Origin: an uncultured Candidatus Saccharibacteria bacterium
GTDB taxonomy: Bacteria; Patescibacteriota; Minisyncoccia; Phycocordibacterales; UBA1550
Direction of reading: 5' to 3'
DNA length: 64,000 bases
Assembly (NCBI GenBank): GCA_964642305.1
Contig: CAZXOE010000001.1
Location: forward strand, 58,917 to 122,916
Part shown: one piece after another, positions 35,152 through 43,319 of the stretch
Layout: each line of letters opens with the position of its first letter
Position numbering within the stretch: position 1 is the stretch's first letter
Translations under genes and position numbers: made by a program
The notes under the pieces: generated by a model
What the model saw: only the letters and a program-made list of their open reading frames with translations
Told to the model about the DNA's origin: nothing
Database searches by the model: none

Positions 35152-35703
35152 TTACGAGAGTCCGAAGTACTCCTTAAGCTTGCCCACACCTTCGATCTCT
35201 TTTGCCTTAATATAAATGATGTGGTCTCTTACTCCGAAAAATTCTCCGACGAAATCAATTTCGTTCTTACAAAGATATGGCGACACAAAAACAGATTTCT
35301 GAATCGGATATAGTCCAAGGTCTTTTATCTTTCGACTTACTGCGCTCCGTGCTAGTTTTTTCGACTCTGGAATATCAAACATCACAATGCGCCAAAAGCC
35401 ATCCCATTTTTTTGGCGTCTTAAGCTTCATATCATCAAGGTTGTATTCAAGAACTTTTTTCTTGCCTGCTTTTGTTATTTCCACAACTTCATTACCATTA
35501 TGTGTATAAATATTTATTAACTTCTTTTCATGAAGCCCTTTAATTGCCCTCTTAACGCGATACCTATCCCGCGCGCTTTCTGGTTTAAATAAAGGAACGA
35601 TTTTTGTGAGTCCAGGCATAGCAAGGCACGCAACAAGAAATCCGCCGAGTGCTAGACCTATTAATATCTCTTTGGCAAGCTCTCCATTTTTATAATCCTT
35701 CAT
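35152..35703 (-). CDS. PaaX-family-like transcriptional regulator paralog
   Basis: Same architecture as 19720..20304: hydrophobic N-term (ILIGLALGGFLVACLAM), wHTH-like segment (AIKGLHEKKLINIYTHNGNEVVEITKAGKKKVL), and WDGFWRIVMFDIPE...IQKSVFVSP. Confidence 0.55.
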   Translation of the reverse strand: MKDYKNGELAKEILIGLALGGFLVACLAMPGLTKIVPLFKPESARDRYRVKRAIKGLHEKKLINIYTHNGNEVVEITKAGKKKVLEYNLDDMKLKTPKKWDGFWRIVMFDIPESKKLARSAVSRKIKDLGLYPIQKSVFVSPYLCKNEIDFVGEFFGVRDHIIYIKAKEIEGVGKLKEYFGLS

Positions 35704-35732
35704 AATATATACTCATGTACTATTGTATCATA

Positions 35733-35772
35733 CTATCCCCAAATTCTACCTATAGGTAGAAAATGGGGATAG
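35733..35772. repeat. family-2 palindrome copy 2 (CTATCCCCAAATTCTACC tata GGTAGAAAATGGGGATAG)
   Basis: Two arm mismatches relative to copy 1. Confidence 0.8.
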
Positions 35773-35816
35773 TATGACACCAGAATATATTACTTTGAAT
35801 TACTAAACTCTGGTTT

Positions 35817-35910
35817 CTCGTCATTGTGAGAAAGTACTCTTGCGAAGCAACCCAGTGTTTCTCGCGCATAATCCTGGATTGCTTCACTTCGCTCGCAAAG
35901 ACAATGCAGG
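35817..35910. repeat. imperfect-palindromic MITE/REP-like element, copy A
   Basis: gtcattgtgag...gcgaagcaacccag...ctggattgcttcac...gctcgcaaagacaatg; arms pair (cattgt/acaatg, gaagcaacccag/ctggattgcttc). Related copy at 39753..39829. Confidence 0.6.
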
Positions 35911-36010
35911 AATATTGGAGTTTCGTAATTCAAGGTATATTAGGTGGCGAAATATATCAACTGAATACTATTATCCAAATTGAATCCGATGTTCTCATTA
36001 ACAAACAAAC

Positions 36011-36715
36011 CTAGAGCTTGAGGAGCGGGTAGAGATTTAGGGCGGTGAGGATTGGAATGGCGTAGATTAACGCGACTGGAGACGCGAGAAGAAATGATGG
36101 AGGGAGAGGGATGCGTTCAATACCGTAAATGAAGCGAGCACCGATTGAGAGTAAAATTGCAGAAATAAGCCCTATAGGCAAAAGCACAATGACTCCGGGC
36201 CACCCAGAAATAAGCATTGCAAGCACGATTAGCATAATATCCCCTTCCCTAAAATTGATTGGGTGTGTTTTAGAACGCACTATAAGGAATAGCAAAAACA
36301 ACCCTACAACAATGAGTAACGCAATAGTGCTTAAGAAAAAATGTTGAAATGAATAGAACGCAAAGTATCCATTGGGTCCATCAAACAAAGGACGAAGAAA
36401 TTCAAAGTACGACGGAAACGGGACTTCTTTTGTAAGCGGTGATGAAAGAAATACTTTTGTAAACTCACTCTTGCTCCACACAATATACTGTCCACAGGTG
36501 GCAACTATGCCATATAAAATGTGCAGTCCTATAGCAATACCAGCTAGCCAATTATATGAAATGTTTTTTACCCAAAGCGGGCGCATATAACGAACAGCAA
36601 CAATAAAAAAGAATATTGTCCAAACAACCAATTCAATTGTATTTAGGTTTGCGAAGATGAAATTTAACAACATATTGGGCCGAATATTGAATATAAGATT
36701 TAGATATATTAACAA
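36011..36715 (-). CDS. polytopic membrane protein, A24 prepilin-peptidase-like (GDxxL motif); possible PilD/TadV analogue
   Basis: Six or more TM helices. FREGDIMLIVLAMLISGWPG resembles the second catalytic Asp motif (GDVKLLAALG) of type IV prepilin peptidases. The first Asp motif is not evident. Confidence 0.45.
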   Translation of the reverse strand: MLIYLNLIFNIRPNMLLNFIFANLNTIELVVWTIFFFIVAVRYMRPLWVKNISYNWLAGIAIGLHILYGIVATCGQYIVWSKSEFTKVFLSSPLTKEVPFPSYFEFLRPLFDGPNGYFAFYSFQHFFLSTIALLIVVGLFLLFLIVRSKTHPINFREGDIMLIVLAMLISGWPGVIVLLPIGLISAILLSIGARFIYGIERIPLPPSFLLASPVALIYAIPILTALNLYPLLKL

Positions 36716-36807
36716 AAAACTACCTCCTGCGCCAATTTTGTTTTGGTTTTTTCCATAGGTTTAACCTATGGAAACTTTTGGACGTTGGACGTCCAAGAAT
36801 AATTGGC

Positions 36808-37020
36808 TCAATAAAAGCCGTGCAAGCGCTCATGAGCCATTCGTGACATTATCCAGAGATTACTCTTCCTAAAATTTCTTTTATTACCATCTATATGGTG
36901 AACAACCATCCCTGGGAAAATTCTCCCACCGACCATATTGGCCGCTACGGTTCTATGAACCAGGATATTGCTGTCTTTCCATCTAGGATATCCTTTTTTA
37001 TCTATATATTTATTATCCAC
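36808..37020 (-). CDS. small HNH endonuclease
   Basis: VHHIDGNKRNFRKSNLWIMSRMAHERLH is an HNH motif with an His-Asn...His triad. 70 aa. Confidence 0.7.
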   Translation of the reverse strand: MDNKYIDKKGYPRWKDSNILVHRTVAANMVGGRIFPGMVVHHIDGNKRNFRKSNLWIMSRMAHERLHGFY

Positions 37021-37073
37021 AGTTTTGGTACCCTACACTAAAATACTGATTATGTCAAGTCGTGCGTAATGGT

Positions 37074-37981
37074 TCAATAGCTTGGACGCGATACAATAAA
37101 TATCATGTCATACACAACAAACCCCAACATGCCTAAAGTTCGCCGTGATGCGGCGCAAATGGTGTACAAAGGATATTCAAAAGCAGAGGTCGGGAGAAGG
37201 TTCGGTGTAGGGTCCAGCACCATTTGTAAGTGGGTAAAGAAAGCAGAGAAGTATGGATATTACCCAATCCCTACTCTTTCCTCTCGACCCAGACACCACC
37301 CCAAGGAACTTCCAAGTGATCTTGTGTGGAAAATCTTTGGGCAGAGAGTTAAGAGTAAGCGCTGCGCGGAAGTAGTGCATCAAGAACTCAAGAATGATGG
37401 AGTTGAAGTTTCGCTGTCATCGGTAAAGCGTGTGCTTGATCGTGCAGGACTTACGAAGAAGAGGAGCCCTTGGAAGCGCTACCATCCGCACGTAGATCGT
37501 CCACTTCCTAAAAACCCTGGTGATTTGGTCGAAATGGACACCATTCACCTAATGGTAGACAAGAAGAAGCGCATCTACGTCTTTGTGCTCATTGATGTTT
37601 ACTCCCGCTGGGTATATGTAAAAGCGTATGAACACATGAACAGCCTCCAGATGCTTCGGTTTGTGCGTGAGGCACAAAGAGCTGCGCCGTTTCATTTCTC
37701 GATGCTCCAGAGCGACCACGGACCAGAGTTTGGCAAATTGTTCGTCTCTCGTATAAAAAAGGATCATCGGTTTACCCGTATTGGCAAACCAAATGACAAT
37801 GCCCATGTCGAACGGTTCAACCGCACTATCCAGGAGGAATGTTTAGACAGAGTGGATAGTAATGTGCCAGTGCTTAACAAAGCGATTAAGAAGTATGTGC
37901 ATTACTACAACCACACACGCCTCCACATGGGAATTGCATTTTTAGCGCCGATACAATTAATTAATCGCGTCCAAGCTATTG
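37074..37981 (+). mobile_element. IS481-like insertion sequence (~0.9 kb) with 19-bp terminal inverted repeats
   Basis: Left TIR TCAATAGCTTGGACGCGAT (37074..37092) is the exact reverse complement of ATCGCGTCCAAGCTATTGA (37963..37981). Encloses a single transposase ORF. Confidence 0.65.
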
Positions 37982-37986
37982 ACTAG
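37105..37986 (+). CDS. DDE transposase (HTH + rve integrase core), IS481/IS3 superfamily
   Basis: N-terminal HTH (GYSKAEVGRRFGVGSSTICKWV). Catalytic core VEMDTIHL...DHGPEF...NDNAHVERFNRTIQEE carries the DDE residues. Confidence 0.8.
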   Translation: MSYTTNPNMPKVRRDAAQMVYKGYSKAEVGRRFGVGSSTICKWVKKAEKYGYYPIPTLSSRPRHHPKELPSDLVWKIFGQRVKSKRCAEVVHQELKNDGVEVSLSSVKRVLDRAGLTKKRSPWKRYHPHVDRPLPKNPGDLVEMDTIHLMVDKKKRIYVFVLIDVYSRWVYVKAYEHMNSLQMLRFVREAQRAAPFHFSMLQSDHGPEFGKLFVSRIKKDHRFTRIGKPNDNAHVERFNRTIQEECLDRVDSNVPVLNKAIKKYVHYYNHTRLHMGIAFLAPIQLINRVQAID

Positions 37987-38112
37987 AATACGGTCGTGCG
38001 TTCCCTGCATAATCCTACATAGGGTAACCCTATGTAAAATATGCGCGAGATCTATGGGAGATAACTGAGCTTGCCTAGGACGGTCCTAGGTAAATAGGTG
38101 AGTCCTATGGAG

Positions 38113-38154
38113 ACTATCCCCAAATCCTACCTATAGGTAGGATTTGGGGATAGT
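38113..38154. repeat. family-2 palindrome copy 3 (ACTATCCCCAAATCCTACC tata GGTAGGATTTGGGGATAGT, perfect)
   Basis: Arm differences relative to copies 1 and 2 are compensatory (AAATC/GATTT versus ATTTT/AAAAT). Confidence 0.8.
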
Positions 38155-38218
38155 GGGTGACGAAAACAAAAAACACCCGGCTTTTGGGGAGCTGGGTGTT
38201 TTTGGGAGAATACTTAGG

Positions 38219-38944
38219 CTAGAAGTTTGTTGTAGTTGGTAGAAGGTTTAGACTATTTCCTGTCTCATAGTAGCTATCATTGTCGCCACCATCTTTTGCC
38301 ATTTTTAGCTCGTCAGTTTTGTATGCCTGACTTTCAAGAACTGCATTTATTTCAAAAATATATGACGGCTTTCCTGCTGCTGAAGAACCATTTTGGCAGG
38401 CATAACGATAAACTAAATCATCCAAGTCCGTTGCGGACAGCGTCCCAATGGCATTAGTTGGATCTATTGGAAAACTTGAAATTGGTGTTCCACCTGTTAA
38501 TGCTTTTAGGTTTACAGGAATCCAACCAGTACCATCAACCTTTCCAGCGGTTGAAGAGATGGATCCTGGGCTAGTAAAAGTAGACCCTGTAATTGCATCC
38601 CCACCTGTGGTAGCTGGAGTTGGCGGTGTCGCCCATGTTGGCGCAGACGCACTACTGTACGCGATTTTTCCAGCTCTAGCAACACCGTCAGCTGCAGTAA
38701 GGCACAGTGTCCCGAAGTTATCCAAACTTGGTGTTGAGGACGCTGTGAGCATGATGCCGAGGGCTGTCTTAACAGACTTAAGGTCGGAGATGCGTTGCGC
38801 GTCGCGAGCTTTTTTCAAAGTTTCTGCGGGGTTTAGCATGAACACGAGCGCGATTGAGAGAATAGCGATGATTGCGATAACGATGAGGAGCTCAAGCAAT
38901 GTGAACCCTCCTTCGCGCTTTTTCATATTTGTAAATGAAATCAT
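38219..38944 (-). CDS. type IV pilin (major-pilin-like)
   Basis: MKKREGG|FTLLELLIVIAIIAILSIALVFM. The track start at 38944 is probably too far upstream; the short leader is the likely one. Ala/Thr/Gly-rich globular part. Confidence 0.8.
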   Translation of the reverse strand: MISFTNMKKREGGFTLLELLIVIAIIAILSIALVFMLNPAETLKKARDAQRISDLKSVKTALGIMLTASSTPSLDNFGTLCLTAADGVARAGKIAYSSASAPTWATPPTPATTGGDAITGSTFTSPGSISSTAGKVDGTGWIPVNLKALTGGTPISSFPIDPTNAIGTLSATDLDDLVYRYACQNGSSAAGKPSYIFEINAVLESQAYKTDELKMAKDGGDNDSYYETGNSLNLLPTTTNF

Positions 38945-38967
38945 AATGATAATGTTAGTTAATAATG

Positions 38968-39666
38968 CTAGAAGTCAGTTCCAGTGCCAAGAATCTTCAA
39001 ATTAGTACCAATCTCATAAAGATTTGAGTTGTTTCCGCCATCTTTTGTAAGCTTGTTATCAGTTCCAGTAGTGTATGTGGTACTTTCTAGGACTGCATTA
39101 ATTTCGAATGCAAGTGGTGTGATAGAGCATGCGTAACGGTAGACATAATCTCCATTATCTACTGCATCGAGGGCTCCAATTGTGTTTACAGGGTCAACAG
39201 GAAGATTTGAAATTGGTGAACCACCGATAAGTGAATCAAAGTTTACGGGGACCCAGCCTGTTCCGTCTGTGAGAGTGTAATATGTCGATGAAGTTGTTGA
39301 TGCTACAGTGGCTCCAGTGGCACCATCAAGATTTGCATCCGTAATAGCACTAGTGACAGAGTAAAATATTTTTGGTGCAAGAGAACCATCCCACGCAGCT
39401 GCAGGGGTTAACTTACAACCATTATTATTGGTAAGTCCTCCAATATACGGCGTTGTTGTGCTCGTTGTATACAACGCAATTGCAGTCTTCATTGTGCTTA
39501 AGTCTGACATACGCTGAGAATCGCGAGACTTTTTCAATGTTTCTGCAGGGTCCAAAACAAGCACAAGAGCTACTGACAAAATTGCGATAATGGAAACCAC
39601 GATGAGGAGCTCAAGGAGAGTGAACCCTGCCTCACGCTTCTCTTTTATATTCATATTCAAATTCAT
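38968..39666 (-). CDS. type IV pilin (major-pilin-like)
   Basis: MNLNMNIKEKREAG|FTLLELLIVVSIIAILSVALVLV. The ORF-track extension to 39840 runs through a repeat element and is rejected. ATG at 39666 (or 39654). Confidence 0.8.
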   Translation of the reverse strand: MNLNMNIKEKREAGFTLLELLIVVSIIAILSVALVLVLDPAETLKKSRDSQRMSDLSTMKTAIALYTTSTTTPYIGGLTNNNGCKLTPAAAWDGSLAPKIFYSVTSAITDANLDGATGATVASTTSSTYYTLTDGTGWVPVNFDSLIGGSPISNLPVDPVNTIGALDAVDNGDYVYRYACSITPLAFEINAVLESTTYTTGTDNKLTKDGGNNSNLYEIGTNLKILGTGTDF

Positions 39667-39752
39667 ATTTATAATTATTAAATTGTTATGGTAATAGTAT
39701 AGCAAACTATATTTAAATAGCACAATGGGGTGTGGATAACTTTTGGGGTGCC

Positions 39753-39829
39753 TGTCATTGCGAGCGGAGCGTGGCAATCCAGAGCAAGCGTGGCGAACTC
39801 CTGGATTGCTTCGTGCCTCGCAAAGACGG
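39753..39829. repeat. imperfect-palindromic MITE/REP-like element, copy B
   Basis: tgtcattgcgagcggagcgtggcaatccag...ctggattgcttcgtgcctcgcaaagacggtg. Shares tcattg(t/c)gag, gcaa(c/t)ccag, ctggattgcttc and ctcgcaaagac with copy A. Confidence 0.6.
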
Positions 39830-39883
39830 TGCGGGCCCATAAATGCACGACCTTGGGCTCAGGATGCGGGCCCATTCAATATT

Positions 39884-40261
39884 CTACGCGAGGTACCCCT
39901 TCACCCTATTCACCACCTCTTGTATCGGATAGTCTACCTTTACCAAATATTCATTGGCCCCAAGCCCAAGCGCGCGGTCTTGGTCGGTCTGTTGCCCTAA
40001 GTTTGAAAGCACGACAACGGGGATGCTTGCGGTCGCTGGATTCTTTTTTATCTGCTCCAGTACTCCAAAACCATCCATTTTTGGAATCATAAGGTCAAGC
40101 AAAATCAAATCTGGCTTTTCTGCGGTGATTTTTGCCACAGCATCCTCGCCATCAACCGCGAGAGAAGTCGCAAATCCCTCCTTTGCAAGTTTAATTTCAT
40201 ACACTTTTGAAATATGCTCGTCGTCCTCCACAATCATCACTTTTTTCTTATTTGTATCCAC
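39884..40261 (-). CDS. single-domain response regulator (CheY-like receiver)
   Basis: VMIVEDDEH, DLILLDLMIP, VVVLSNLG, GANEYLVK. Paralog of 2972..3364. Confidence 0.9.
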   Translation of the reverse strand: MDTNKKKVMIVEDDEHISKVYEIKLAKEGFATSLAVDGEDAVAKITAEKPDLILLDLMIPKMDGFGVLEQIKKNPATASIPVVVLSNLGQQTDQDRALGLGANEYLVKVDYPIQEVVNRVKGYLA

Positions 40262-40273
40262 AGCTATATAATA

Positions 40274-40657
40274 TTATGCGTAGCTCAAAACCTTTTCAAC
40301 AAGCGCTTCTAGCTCGTAGTCGCTTTTTACAAGGTAGTCAGATACACCAAGCTCGCGCGCGATTGATTTTGACTCCTCCCTACCAGAAACAGAGCAGATG
40401 ACTACTTTCAAATCTTTATATTCAGGTTTTTTGCGAACCTCCGCGAGAAACTCAATACCGTTCATGCCTGGGAGCAAGAGATCTAACCAAACTACATCTA
40501 CGGCAGGGTGCTCCACATTCAGCACATCAAGAGCCTCTTCTGCGCGCATTGTTGAAATAACACGATGCCCTTTTTGCCCAAGCTTCAACACAATCGCGCG
40601 ATTTAGAGCGTTGTCGTCTTCAAGAAGTAGTACTGTTTTTTGAGTTTGTTCAGTCAT
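40274..40657 (-). CDS. single-domain response regulator (CheY-like receiver)
   Basis: VLLLEDDNA, DVVWLDLLLPGMNG, VVICSVSG, VSDYLVK. Confidence 0.9.
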   Translation of the reverse strand: MTEQTQKTVLLLEDDNALNRAIVLKLGQKGHRVISTMRAEEALDVLNVEHPAVDVVWLDLLLPGMNGIEFLAEVRKKPEYKDLKVVICSVSGREESKSIARELGVSDYLVKSDYELEALVEKVLSYA

Positions 40658-40659
40658 TC

Positions 40660-43143
40660 TTAGTTTGTTCCGTTCATTTTAGCATGTTCAGAAATATCAG
40701 CAACCTTTGTTGTCAAAGGAACCGTAAAGAAAAATGTTGAGCCTTGCCCTTCGGCAGTGTCAAACCAAATCTTTCCACCCCATGACTCCACGAGCTCCTT
40801 TACCAAAGCAAGTCCTAAACCAGAGCCGTCTGGCACCTGTGAACGAGCGTTTTCCGCGCGGAAAAACTTTGAAAAAATACGAGGTCTGTCCCTTTCTGGG
40901 ATACCAATACCATTGTCGTGAACCATATACACAACCTCCCTACCCTCATCACCCATCCACCATTTTATTTCAATGAGGCCCTTCTCGTTTGTGTAACGAA
41001 TTGCATTAGAAACAAGATTTAGAACAACCTGACGCAGTGTGAGAGAGTCTAGCCAGACGATCACTGACTCACGGTCAGGCGGAATCACAGAGAGCGACAG
41101 ACTCTTCATATCAATCTGCGACCTTAACTCCTTTGTAATTTCGTTTGTAAACGCGCCAACGTCTATTGGCGTCCTTTCCATTTTGAGCTTCCCGCTTTCA
41201 ACGCGCGAAATACCGAGCAACAAGTCTACTGTTTGATACAAACGTTCCGCGCCCCCGTGGATCTCATTCATAAAATCTTTTTGCGAATCATTAAGTGGCC
41301 CCGCGTCTTGCGATAAGAGCATTTCTGAATACCAGCGAATAGAAGTGAGCGGCGTACGAAGCTGATGTGAAGCAACAGATATGAAGCCGGACTTTGCCTC
41401 ATCTAGCTCGCGATCTCGCGTTGCGTCACGGAAAATTATAACGACACCAGCATTTTCAACACCCAATGGCGCAAACGAAAAGACTATCGGGATTCTCTCT
41501 GGGTGCTTTTCTGTGGAAAGAGAAATGTTGTCCTCAAGTGTTCCAGTGATGATTTTTTTTGTTAATAATACTTCCTCTATAGGCCACGAACTTGGCGGTA
41601 TCACATCCTTGTTCTTTCTCCACAGCGTCACAATAGAGCGCAAATCCTGCCCAAGTAGTTCACTTTCTGTCATCCCAAACATTCGCGATGCAGTGGGGTT
41701 TACTAGAGCCACGTGATACGAACCATCTATAAGAATAAGTCCATCTCCAATAGACGAAATAATAGTTTGCAGTTTGTTGCTCTCTTCTGCAAGCGCCTCC
41801 TTTGCCTTCCACGAATCCTCAAGTAAATTAAGTGTCGCCCTTTTTGACTCCTCAAGAAATTGCTCTTGCTTCTTGTGCTCCTCCACGTCTTTTTCAAGAG
41901 CTGTTGATTTCTCTTCTAGCACAACCATAGATTCGCTCAATGCCTTTTGACTGGCGCGAATCGACCCAACCATTGTGTTGAACATAACAGAAAGGTCTCC
42001 AATTTCATCTTTACTTTTTACATCAACCAAAACATTCAGATCGCCATCGGTAACACGTTTTGCGACCCGAACAATATTATCCAAATGCGAAAGCGGGCGT
42101 CGAACAAAAAATATCGCAATTAGCAAACCAGAAACAACCACTGTGATACCGCCTGCGATAGTCGCGCGGGTAAGAGTAGCAAGTGGAGCAAAAATTTCAT
42201 CTTGGTGCACCTCTACCAAAAGCACTAGACCCTTATCCTTGAAACACATCGAGGCGCCGAGTACGCGAATTCCTTGATAATTTTCGTACTCCTCGCTTAT
42301 TTCTTTTCCGTTATCAAGACATTCTAGCACAGGCAATGTCTCAACCTTTTGCTTAAGTTGTACATTTTTCATAAAACGCGAGGGCGTGACCATTGTATAA
42401 TCACGATTCACAAAATACATATCGGAGGTTTTGTAACTTTCAAGAAATGCCTGCCTTGAAACACGGCTAATTGTTTTAATATCTATTTCCCTTTCTCCTA
42501 TACCAAGCGAGTCTGCAATCTCATTTGTATTATCAAAGTAAACAAGAAGCACTGCATCTATAGGACTGAATTCATTGCTCCCAATGGGCTCCGAAAGTCT
42601 CACAGTGGCGCTAACATACGGTTTAGAACTTTCGTATCCAAACTCCATACCGCTAAAATAAACCTCGTTTTGAGATGAGTTGATCGTACTAGCAAAATTG
42701 TGTATCTTGCGTCCACTAACCTCCTCGTTTGCCTCGTCCTTGCCAATACGGCCTGGTTGGGTTGAAGCTATAACTACGCCATTTTTATCCAACAAATCTG
42801 TGACAATAATCGTACTATCATAAGGCATCTTTTTTTCGCGAATATATTTCGCAAATTCACTTGCATAACGCGAACGCTCTAACGACCCATCGGGGGTAAG
42901 AATTAATTTTTTTGATAGCTCTTGGATTGTATTGTCCGATGTCCAGCCCACAACACGTTTTTTCATTCCGCCCAAATATGAGAGATAAATGCCTTCGCTT
43001 TGTTCTGCAATTGTTCGAAAATTGTGCTGTGTTTGTTTTTTGAATGCACCGATTACAGAATAATCAATATATAGTACAATTGTAGATGTAACTGCAACAA
43101 AAAATATTATAAAGAAGATGGAAGTTTTTGTACGAAGCTTCAT
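40660..43143 (-). CDS. sensor histidine kinase with extracytoplasmic sensing domain, HAMP, two PAS domains, HisKA, HATPase_c
   Basis: Paralog of 519..2858 (NFRTIAEQSEGIYLSYLGGMKKRVVGWTSD vs NLRIIAEQSESAYLAFLGTMKTRVIDWTSD). H-box VASHQLRTPLTS, G-boxes DNGIGIP / GSGLGLALV. Start set at the ATG at 43143 (MKLRTKTSIFF), in frame with the track start at 43173. Confidence 0.9.
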   Translation of the reverse strand: MKLRTKTSIFFIIFFVAVTSTIVLYIDYSVIGAFKKQTQHNFRTIAEQSEGIYLSYLGGMKKRVVGWTSDNTIQELSKKLILTPDGSLERSRYASEFAKYIREKKMPYDSTIIVTDLLDKNGVVIASTQPGRIGKDEANEEVSGRKIHNFASTINSSQNEVYFSGMEFGYESSKPYVSATVRLSEPIGSNEFSPIDAVLLVYFDNTNEIADSLGIGEREIDIKTISRVSRQAFLESYKTSDMYFVNRDYTMVTPSRFMKNVQLKQKVETLPVLECLDNGKEISEEYENYQGIRVLGASMCFKDKGLVLLVEVHQDEIFAPLATLTRATIAGGITVVVSGLLIAIFFVRRPLSHLDNIVRVAKRVTDGDLNVLVDVKSKDEIGDLSVMFNTMVGSIRASQKALSESMVVLEEKSTALEKDVEEHKKQEQFLEESKRATLNLLEDSWKAKEALAEESNKLQTIISSIGDGLILIDGSYHVALVNPTASRMFGMTESELLGQDLRSIVTLWRKNKDVIPPSSWPIEEVLLTKKIITGTLEDNISLSTEKHPERIPIVFSFAPLGVENAGVVIIFRDATRDRELDEAKSGFISVASHQLRTPLTSIRWYSEMLLSQDAGPLNDSQKDFMNEIHGGAERLYQTVDLLLGISRVESGKLKMERTPIDVGAFTNEITKELRSQIDMKSLSLSVIPPDRESVIVWLDSLTLRQVVLNLVSNAIRYTNEKGLIEIKWWMGDEGREVVYMVHDNGIGIPERDRPRIFSKFFRAENARSQVPDGSGLGLALVKELVESWGGKIWFDTAEGQGSTFFFTVPLTTKVADISEHAKMNGTN

Positions 43144-43252
43144 GGCGTTTAATAAATGATGTACTGTTAACAACTATTGTAGCATGCAAAGAATTATCTT
43201 GGTATACTATTTGAGTACAAACATGTGACATTTAACCATTGACATGTGACTC

Positions 43253-43279
43253 GCAGATTTTCGCGAAGCGAAAATCTGC
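43253..43279 (+). promoter_or_regulatory. hairpin GCAGATTTTCGC gaa GCGAAAATCTGC with flanking inverted TGACA(A/T)TT repeat arms, upstream of pilM
   Basis: Same palindrome as 20884..20914. Arms at 43220..43250 (ACATGTGACATTTAACCATTGACATGTGAC) and 43280..43311 (TGTCAATTGTCAAATGTTAATTGTCAATTGTC). A related arm sequence also occurs at 7717..7749. Confidence 0.5.
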
Positions 43280-43319
43280 TGTCAATTGTCAAATGTTAAT
43301 TGTCAATTGTCCCAAATCA

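Noticed and set aside
39667-39840. ORF-track N-terminal extension of the pilin gene 38968 (MGPHRLCEARSNPGVRH...)
   Set aside because: Runs through the MITE-like repeat copy B. Prepilin leaders are short and the motif MNIKEKREAG|FTLLELL fixes the start near 39666.
43239-43319. TTG-initiated extension of pilM encoding QIFAKRKSAV
   Set aside because: The peptide is the translation of a palindromic DNA element that recurs at 20884 in another gene's 5' region. The PilM N-terminal consensus begins at the ATG at 43320.
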